Source of the DNA: Octopus vulgaris
Lineage: Eukaryota
Reading direction: 5' to 3'
Assembly (NCBI GenBank): GCA_951406725.2
Contig: OX597816.1
Location: 31,248,001-31,312,000, forward strand
Length of the DNA stretch: 64,000 bases
Numbering within the stretch: the first letter of the stretch is position 1; the number at the start of each line of letters is the position of its first letter. Under the pieces are notes generated by a model. It was not told the DNA's origin. It saw only the letters and a program-made list of their open reading frames with translations, and made no database searches. Shown piece after piece: positions 56,305 to 64,000 of this stretch. The translations under genes were made by a program, and so were the position numbers.

Positions 56305-56450
56305 TTTGCTTGTTTCAGCCGTTAGACTTCGGCCATGTTTGAACACCGCCTATATAATGGCCACTTTTGCAGAATCGTTTTGTTATAAGGCAGTAAACAC
56401 ATCAACACCAGTTATCAAGCTTCGGGAATGGATAGACACAGATACAAAAT
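56305..56450 (-). mobile_element. Degenerate SINE A 3' fragment
   Basis: cttgtttcagcc.ttagact.cggccatg...caccgcc...gtaaacacatcaacacc.gttatcaagc. Confidence 0.6.
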
Positions 56451-57576
56451 AACCCTGACACACACAAACACGCACACATGTACCCACGTACACATACACA
56501 CGTGCGCGTGCACACACAGACATCCGCTACCGCGTAACGCACATGAACATTAACCTAAACAGCCATGCACGCATATGCAAGTGCTATTTATATGCATTAT
56601 TTATGACATTCGTATATCGTCTCTACAAAATTTATTACGGAACAAATTTTTCGTTTATTGTTTCTATTCATAAAGAAACAAGGGACTTTTATAATGCAGG
56701 AGATTCACCTAAATTAGCCAGAACACAAACAATAAAGTGCCTTTTAATTCTGGACGCATTCTGATAATTTCAACATGAATATAAAATCGCTGTTCCTTTA
56801 TATCATCGGATAGCATCCTTTCTCTTGAGAGGATGGGTCCTCATTGTACATGTGGTACACTACTGTGCTGTAACTTTGAGACACATTATTCAATGTCTCT
56901 TCAGTCAAAGCTATGTAGGCCTAATAAATCGAACAAGAGTGCAGTTTCCTGTTTTTTTCTTTTATTTCGGGGGGGGGGGGGCGTGAATCATCGAAGAAAT
57001 CATTTCCTGGTGAGTGCGCTGATCTGTACCACGCAAACGATAATTCGTTGTTTTGCCCGCAAAAGAGCGAGAATCAAAGCAACAACATATCTTTTCCTTC
57101 CGTTTATGTGCTGGTAGATTCTAACGTGTTTATTTGCAATTGTTAAATTGCACTGTACGAGAAAATGTATTCCCTTTAGCTAATGTACGTTTAAAACAGA
57201 AGATTCACCAGTGTATAGGAACTCTGTGACACCGCAAATCTCCATCGTAAAATCTATATGCACAGATGAGTGCAACAAAATAATTACAAGCACGTGTCAG
57301 TCGATGTCAGCAAAACATTGTTTGCTGACGCGTAGAGATGTCTGGCAAAGAAAAAATTAATGGGTTAGATTCATGCAGAACAAGAAAAATAGAAACGTTA
57401 ATATGTCCATATACTCTAAAATACTTGTAGCAAACTTGAAGACGACTAATGTGGCTCTTTCACGCCAGCGGACGATTCTTCCCTGTATTGGATGTGTTTA
57501 TAGCACACACAACTCACCGTTTTAAAGGGAATAGGTGCACGAAGATATTTCGTAGTTCTTGAGTGTCTCCACAGTC

Positions 57577-57648
57577 AAAAACACACCAGCATCGATTGTC
57601 AAGCGATGTTGGGGAAAAAAACACAAACACACACACACACGCACACAC

Positions 57649-57650
<2 letters not shown>
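57577..57650 (-). mobile_element. SINE A fragment (3' side of the internal microsatellite)
   Basis: aaacacaccagcatcgattgtcaagcgatgttgggg. Confidence 0.75.
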
Positions 57651-57714
<64 letters not shown>

Positions 57715-57869
57715 GTAAAAGTAAAAAAATACAAACTGGGACAAGAACATGAAACATTAGAAGACGACACAAAAAACACGGACGGGACATTCGAAGCCTT
57801 CAATCTTCAGGCAAGAACCGGATCATCTTCGCAATTTCGGCTGATATATATATATATATAGTAGTAGTA

Positions 57870-58376
57870 ACATAAAAGAGGAATTTCGGTTGTCCCCACG
57901 TGGTGGATTGTAATGTATATAAGAAAAATAAAAACGGAAAATACGCCCACTTACATGGTTATAGTATAATATTTAATGTATCGACCGGTTTCATGATACA
58001 ATGCTTAATTTATATGAAAATATATTTTTTCTTAAGAAGAAAATGGGTCCATGTTGTTTATAATGAGATTCACGTGTGAATAATTTTACAAGTTGACAAG
58101 TAAAGGGTTGTTATTATTGATTGTTATTGTTGTTATTGTTGTCTGTAAGGGAGATAACTGTTTAGGTTTTGGGTGAGGAAAAATATGCGTGCAGAAAGGA
58201 GACTGGTTTAAATAAAGGGGGTCTTGTTTAGTAGGGGATTATGTACATTGATGTAATATGTAAAAATATAAAAATTGGTTATGCGTGCTTATTCAGACAC
58301 GTTTCTTTATTTAAGCGTTCTAATTGAGAGATTGTATCTTTGCACTGGTAGAAAGGGAAGACTGTAAAATTTGTAT
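57870..58376 (-). mobile_element. Penelope-like element 3' end with a GIY-YIG C-terminal relic
   Basis: TNFTVFPFYQCKDTISQLERLNKE resembles the PLE endonuclease tail (F.IFPFY...R..KE..FI); downstream GAAAC-CG-GTC hammerhead half at 57985-57994. Confidence 0.55.
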
Positions 58377-58379
58377 ATG

Positions 58380-58447
<68 letters not shown>

Positions 58448-58454
58448 CATATAT

Positions 58455-58592
58455 ACGACGGGCTTCTTTTAGTTTCCGTGTACCAAATCCACTCACAAGG
58501 CTGTGGTCGGCCCAAGGCTATAGGAGAAGAAACTAGCCCAAGGTGCAACGCAGTGGGACTGAACCCGGAACCATGTTGTTAGAAAGCAAGCT
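58455..58592 (-). mobile_element. SINE family A, 5' half
   Basis: cgacgggcttctttt.gtttccg...cccaaggtgc.acgcagtgggactgaacccggaaccatgt. Confidence 0.88.
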
Positions 58593-58640
58593 GTTTCTGT
58601 GTGTATACACACACACACACACACACACATATGTATATAA

Positions 58641-58682
<42 letters not shown>

Positions 58683-58690
58683 ATGTATAT

Positions 58691-58945
58691 GGGGAGAATT
58701 CACAAAAAATCAAAATACGAAGGCAGGTGGTGAGAACTACAAACCGATGTATTGGTTTAACGCTCGGGAAGTGAAAAATTCTTAAGCGTTTCGAGCCTAC
58801 CTTCTTCAAAATAAAAGAACTCAGAAATAAACAAGGACACACAATAAAGAATGTGTAGGGGCTAGCGATCTATCATGGCGAACGCCGGACAGAGGGGTCA
58901 CACAGGAGAGCTAGGAAGAAGGGGAGATAACATAGTAGTGGTGAT
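58691..58945 (-). mobile_element. Family F repeat, second copy
   Basis: caaaatacgaaggcaggtgg...cgtttcgagcctac...gctagcgatctatcatggcg is shared with 47897-48104. Confidence 0.75.
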
Positions 58946-58962
58946 GTATGTACATGTATATA

Positions 58963-59024
<62 letters not shown>

Positions 59025-59098
59025 TATGTATGCATATGTATATATATGTTTGCATATATATGTATGTATATATATGTATGTATGTAAATCTCTATATA

Positions 59099-59129
<31 letters not shown>

Positions 59130-59339
59130 TGGGATTCTCTCACATATATATATATATGCAAGTGTTTGTTTTGTGTGTGTTAGCCTGTGTATACATATAT
59201 TAATATGCAGTGGATGCAACTGAATAGTTCAAGGAGCCAAGGTTTAGTGCGTTGGCACTTATCAAGTTTGATACGTGCCAATCACGATACTCCCGACATT
59301 GTGCTAGTCTGTTGCTTCCGTTAGGCTTTAATAAAAATA

Positions 59340-59589
<250 letters not shown>

Positions 59590-59599
59590 AACTCAGCAG

Positions 59600-60948
59600 G
59601 ACAACGGGTAAATAACTTTGAAAGACTGGAATATATATTGTTTTCTGTGAGTATTTTGAATCTCCCTCAAAATAAGTTAAGGAACTTACATATTTACAGC
59701 TTACAATCACATTCACAATCAACTTTAAAACCTTTAATATCTTTCCCTTCTGAGAATACCTATCCTTTTGCCTTTTCCCCTGAGTATTCGAAAATGTAAA
59801 CAGCCTCTTTATTCCAAGTACACTACAGTTTTCTCTGTTGTGGCTGACAAAAAATCATCTCCAGTAAATTTTTAAAACTTCATATCTACAATTTTCTGTG
59901 GAAAACATTTACCTCACTTTTCTCTTGTTTACTTTGCCCTTAATATTCGAAAATGTAAACATTCTTTTTATTGTAGAAAAAAAAAACAAACAAACAGAAA
60001 AAACACCATTGTTTTACTGAATGGACAAACAAAGGAACACCGAAAAAAATTATTTGTGACCAATTTCGCTTCCTTTCTTCCCTCCCTAATAGAATATGTA
60101 AACATGCCTTTTATTGTAACAACACTATTAGAAGCACGATAAAATATTAAAGAAGGAAGCACCTGCCAATATATACATACTGCGCAACTACAAAAACTGT
60201 AAACCACAGAAAATCTTTTAAAAAGAAAAGAAAATTCCAAAAGTGAAAGAAATTCAGAAATTAAAAAATCCAACAGAGTGAACATCTCTTTCTCCTAGTA
60301 TTCTCAAAGACAGGAATATCTACAATTTCCTGTGAATATTTTAACTCTTCCTCAGAATAAGATGTTAGGAAACTTACATACACAGACCACAGATTTTTTC
60401 TGTAGTATTTTACTTGACGACACACGTGGATGTGTAGGGGAAGATGATGAACCGAATTCGTATATTTTAAATTCGGCGGTACTGATGTTGAATATGATCT
60501 GTCTGACACTGTTAGTTGGAGAGATATGTTCGATCCTTCCAGTGCCTTCGAATTAAATATTTTTAATATTTAATATTGTGAAGGCCCATGCTGATGAAGA
60601 AAATGTTCGGGAAAAATATAAATTACATATCCTTTATACCGATCTAATTCCGAAACGTGTATATGGGAAATCTAATATCAATTGATTCTCGTTATTTTTC
60701 CTCTTTGCCTTCGTGGATTGTTTTCGAGTAATTTATTTTTTCCGGAAGTCGCTTTTTAAAGTAGAGGAAATAGCTATGGTTTTTTGGCTTCTATTTCTAT
60801 ACTTGGTTATGTGGTAAAGCAAATCTTTGCTGTACCCTATTATAAAATATTACTTTAGTTTACCGTGAAATGGTCCTTTTTCATGCCGAATTCTACTTGG
60901 TGAAATTATTGATTACTAGCTAATTAATTAATTTTACCCTTTGTTATT
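59600..60948 (+). mobile_element. ~1.3-kb non-coding Penelope-like or retrozyme-like element
   Basis: Internal repeats (tattcgaaaatgtaaaca at about 59785 and 59944), HHR at 60585-60667, 3' end homologous to 40390-40479, ends in (TA)n; 5' boundary uncertain. Confidence 0.55.
60585..60667 (+). ncRNA. Minimal type-I hammerhead ribozyme-like motif with a canonical core
   Basis: Stem I CCCATG/TATGGG; CTGATGA; extended stem II (gaa/ttc, tcgg/ccga, atat/atat) with an A-C mismatch at its base; GAAAC-GT-GTA. Confidence 0.6.
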
Positions 60949-61239
60949 ATATATATATATATATTATTAGTAATTAGGAAACTATAGTTAAAGATTTTAA
61001 TTTTTCGATAGAAAAAAGTACAAAGAAATGCGGATATTCGAAGAAGAAAACGCCAAGTAAAATATAGTTTGCTAAACTATATTGCAAAGACATCAGTAAA
61101 CAATATTGAATATAAAGTCTACTAGAAAATGGAGAGAAAAAGTAAAGTGAAGGTGAATTAAGTTGGAATTAAAGGAAATCAAGGTAGAAGTAAGAGATTA
61201 AAAAAGAGTATATAGGAGTGAAGATGAAAAAATGGATTA

Positions 61240-61246
61240 TGATGAT

Positions 61247-61304
<58 letters not shown>

Positions 61305-61570
61305 CAGCAGCAGCAGTAGTAGTAGTAGTAGTAGTAGTAGTAGTTGTAGTAGTAGTGTTGGTTTTGGTGGTGGCCGTTCCGGTTGATGAAGAAGAGGAAA
61401 TTGAGGTGGTGGGGCGAGGTAAGTGTATGAACAAGAAGAAGAAAAAGAAGAAAGAGAAAGGAGAAGAAGAGGAAGAAGAAGTAGAAGAGGAAGGGGAAGA
61501 AGAAGAAGAAGAAGAAGAAGAAGAAGAAGAAGAAGAAGAAGAAGAAGAAGAAGAAGAAGAAGAAGAGCAG
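61240..61570. repeat. (GTA)n/(GCA)n and (GAA)n trinucleotide arrays
   Basis: Seen directly. Confidence 0.97.
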
Positions 61571-61802
61571 GAAGGCCGGAGATAATTAACTGACCAAGTG
61601 CTAGAAGAATTGGCATTCATTTGAATATAAAGGGGAAACAATTGAAGAATCTTTACTTGAGAAATGCTGCATATAAATAGAGTTGACGAGGGTTGCAATG
61701 TATAAATTTGTGGAACACTTTAAAGTTTACATAGCCATTTAAATGAGGTATCCTAATAGAAATTGCATTTTAACTGCTCTTGATATATTATTCGGCATGG
61801 CT

Positions 61803-61825
61803 CTATATATATATATATATATATA

Positions 61826-61889
<64 letters not shown>

Positions 61890-62013
61890 TTATAGATACA
61901 TATATATATATATACACACATATATGTATACATACATATACATATATATATATGTATATATGTATATATATACCTATATACATATATATGCACACACGTG
62001 TATATATGTGTAT

Positions 62014-62047
<34 letters not shown>

Positions 62048-62062
62048 GTCTGTATATATATA

Positions 62063-62135
<73 letters not shown>
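61803..62135. repeat. TA-rich compound microsatellite
   Basis: Seen directly. Confidence 0.97.
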
Positions 62136-62138
<3 letters not shown>

Positions 62139-62686
62139 GTTGTTAGCGGCTGCAGTCAAATACAGTAATACACCAATGCACCATATATATATATAACGGC
62201 AGCATCGACTGTTTTCATAACCTTTATGTTGATTCTGGTAAATATTATGGTGATACTGATGATGATGTGAGGATAGTGAAGAGGTGGATGATGGAGGAGC
62301 TGCGATATTGCTACTACAGCTACTGATGCTGTGTATAATGACATTTCCAAAGTTTGGTGATGATGAGGAGGATGAGATCGATGATGATTGAGGTGAGAAA
62401 TTTCCTCTTTTTTGTCAAAGTTCATACTAATGCTGATAATTAATAAGCCATCATCATTATCATTACGTCAATAATTAATAATAATCATCATCATTATTAG
62501 GTCAATCCTTACACTCGGTCTCGAAATTATAATGTTACACCTAAGAACTTTGTCATCGGTGAAGATATAACACAGGCGTATACACTTTTGTCAGTGACAA
62601 ATTTTTGACTATGCTATATATCTGTAAGTATTGACGCTTGAAATGATAGATATTGACTCAATGGTATAGAATTAATGGCGTTGGGG

Positions 62687-62687
<1 letters not shown>

Positions 62688-62733
<46 letters not shown>

Positions 62734-62785
62734 TATTATTATTATTATTATCATTAGTAGTATTAGTATTATTATTATTATTATT
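62688..62785. repeat. (ATC)n(ATT)n array at the 3' junction of the Dong element
   Basis: Seen directly. Confidence 0.95.
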
Positions 62786-64000
62786 CAGTAGTTTTATTTT
62801 TATAGCGTGCTTTCACTTCACTACCGAGCGCAGCTCTGTGTGCCTTGGGTATGTGCTGTGATTTGTTGTGATGCTCTGATGGTTATTGTATGGAAAGTGT
62901 TCTGCGTAGGATGTGTGCAGTGCCTAGTAGTGCAATTTTCTGTATGTTATATGTGTTTGTAAGTCCTGGTGTTTTTGTTATGTATTTGTCTGAATATTTT
63001 TTTATCATGCCTAATGCGCCTACTATGATAGGAATTGTTTCTGTTTTCAGGTTCCACATTCTAGTTACCTCTATTTCCAGGTCTTTGTATTTTGAGAGTT
63101 TCTCCATTTCTTTTAGAGACACGTTGTCATCTGCCGGTATTGATACATCAATTAGAAAGCATTTTTTTTCTTCATGATCTCTGACAACTATATCTGGTCT
63201 GTTGGCCTTAATTTCTCTATCTGTGTGTATCGGCATATCCCAGAGTATGGTTGCTTTCTCAGTTTTCTGTGACCTTTTCTGGTGTGTGCCTATACCATCT
63301 TTTTTCTGTTGTTATTCCATAATGTTGGCATAGCTTCCAATGTATGTAGGTTCCAACTCTGTCATGTCTGTGAATATATTCCTTCTTAGCCAGGACTGGG
63401 CAGCTAGAGATAATATGATTTATTGTTTCTTGTCCATCTCCACATATTCTGCAGTTACTTGTAATATTTCTTTTCATTACATGTTTTTGGTAATTTCTGG
63501 TGGGGAGGCTTTGGTCTTGTGCTGCAATTAAAAATCCCTCCGTTTCTGCTTTGAGTCCTGAGCTTCTCAACCATTGCTGGGATTTTTCTTTGTCTATTTC
63601 TTTTGCGTTTAGTTTAGTGCAGTATTTACCATGAAGGGGCTTTTCTTGCCATCGTTTTATCATGGCTCGTTGCTGTTCTATTTTTAGTTTGGATTTCATT
63701 TGTTTTATAGCTTTTGTTGTTTCTTCATCATCTTCTTCTTCTTCTTTGTGTTTATTAGGTGGTATGATTTCTTGTTTGTATTTGTCAGCTTCCTTAAATA
63801 CTGAGAACAGTGTTTTGTTTTGCTCGTGTTTTACTGCTATCTGGATCAGTTTTCCTTCCTTCTGAAGTAGGTATTTTTGCAGTCCTATGGTGGTTATTTT
63901 ATAGTAGTTTTCCAGCTGTATAAGGCCTCTACCACCTTCTATACGTTGTATATATAGTCTTTCTATGTCAGATTTTGGGTGATGCATCCTAGATCCTGTC
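62786..64000 (-). mobile_element. R4/Dong-clade non-LTR retrotransposon, 3' part (continues beyond the window)
   Basis: ORF remnants plus a ~97-bp 3' UTR ending directly at (TAA)n, the known target type of Dong elements. Confidence 0.93.
62883..63987 (-). pseudogene. RT C-terminus, CCHC zinc knuckle and restriction-like endonuclease, split by one +1 frameshift near 63261
   Basis: HHPKSDIERLY...GGRGL; AAQDQSLPTRNY; CRICGDGQETINHIISSC; YIHRHD; NRPDIVV...LIDVSIP...EKLSKYKDL; GAA AAC T GAG AAA GCA restores ENEKATILWD. Confidence 0.92.

Noticed and set aside
57306-57329. Short hairpin gtcagcaaa/tttgctgac; also attccttatg/cataaggaat at 52152-52173
   Set aside because: Stems of 9-10 bp are expected by chance in 64 kb and do not extend
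61179-61698. Poly-V/E/K and poly-S/T ORFs resembling a mucin or acidic protein
   Set aside because: Pure (GTA)n/(GAA)n repeats open in several frames, with no splice or domain evidence

Overview
This is AT-rich eukaryotic genomic DNA, not prokaryotic. It is dominated by microsatellites ((TA)n, (CA)n, (ATAC)n, (TAA)n) and decayed transposons. The repeat content (several tRNA-derived SINE families, R4/Dong-type LINEs next to (TAA)n, Helitron, Tc1, hAT and RTE relics) looks like coleoid cephalopod, probably Octopus; this is an inference from repeat style only. No host protein-coding gene can be supported, and almost all ORF-track entries are microsatellite translations or TE fragments. The best coding feature is a near-intact R4/Dong non-LTR retrotransposon 3' part (62786-64000, minus strand, CCHC finger plus restriction-like endonuclease, one frameshift). 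The most interesting signal is a set of about 9 minimal type-I hammerhead-ribozyme-like folds (CUGANGA...GAAAC-palindrome-GUH). They sit in short, mostly non-coding Penelope-like or retrozyme-like elements that often lie in or beside microsatellites. Three carry inverted duplications and several have variant catalytic cores. All alignments and folds were done by eye, so coordinates are approximate.
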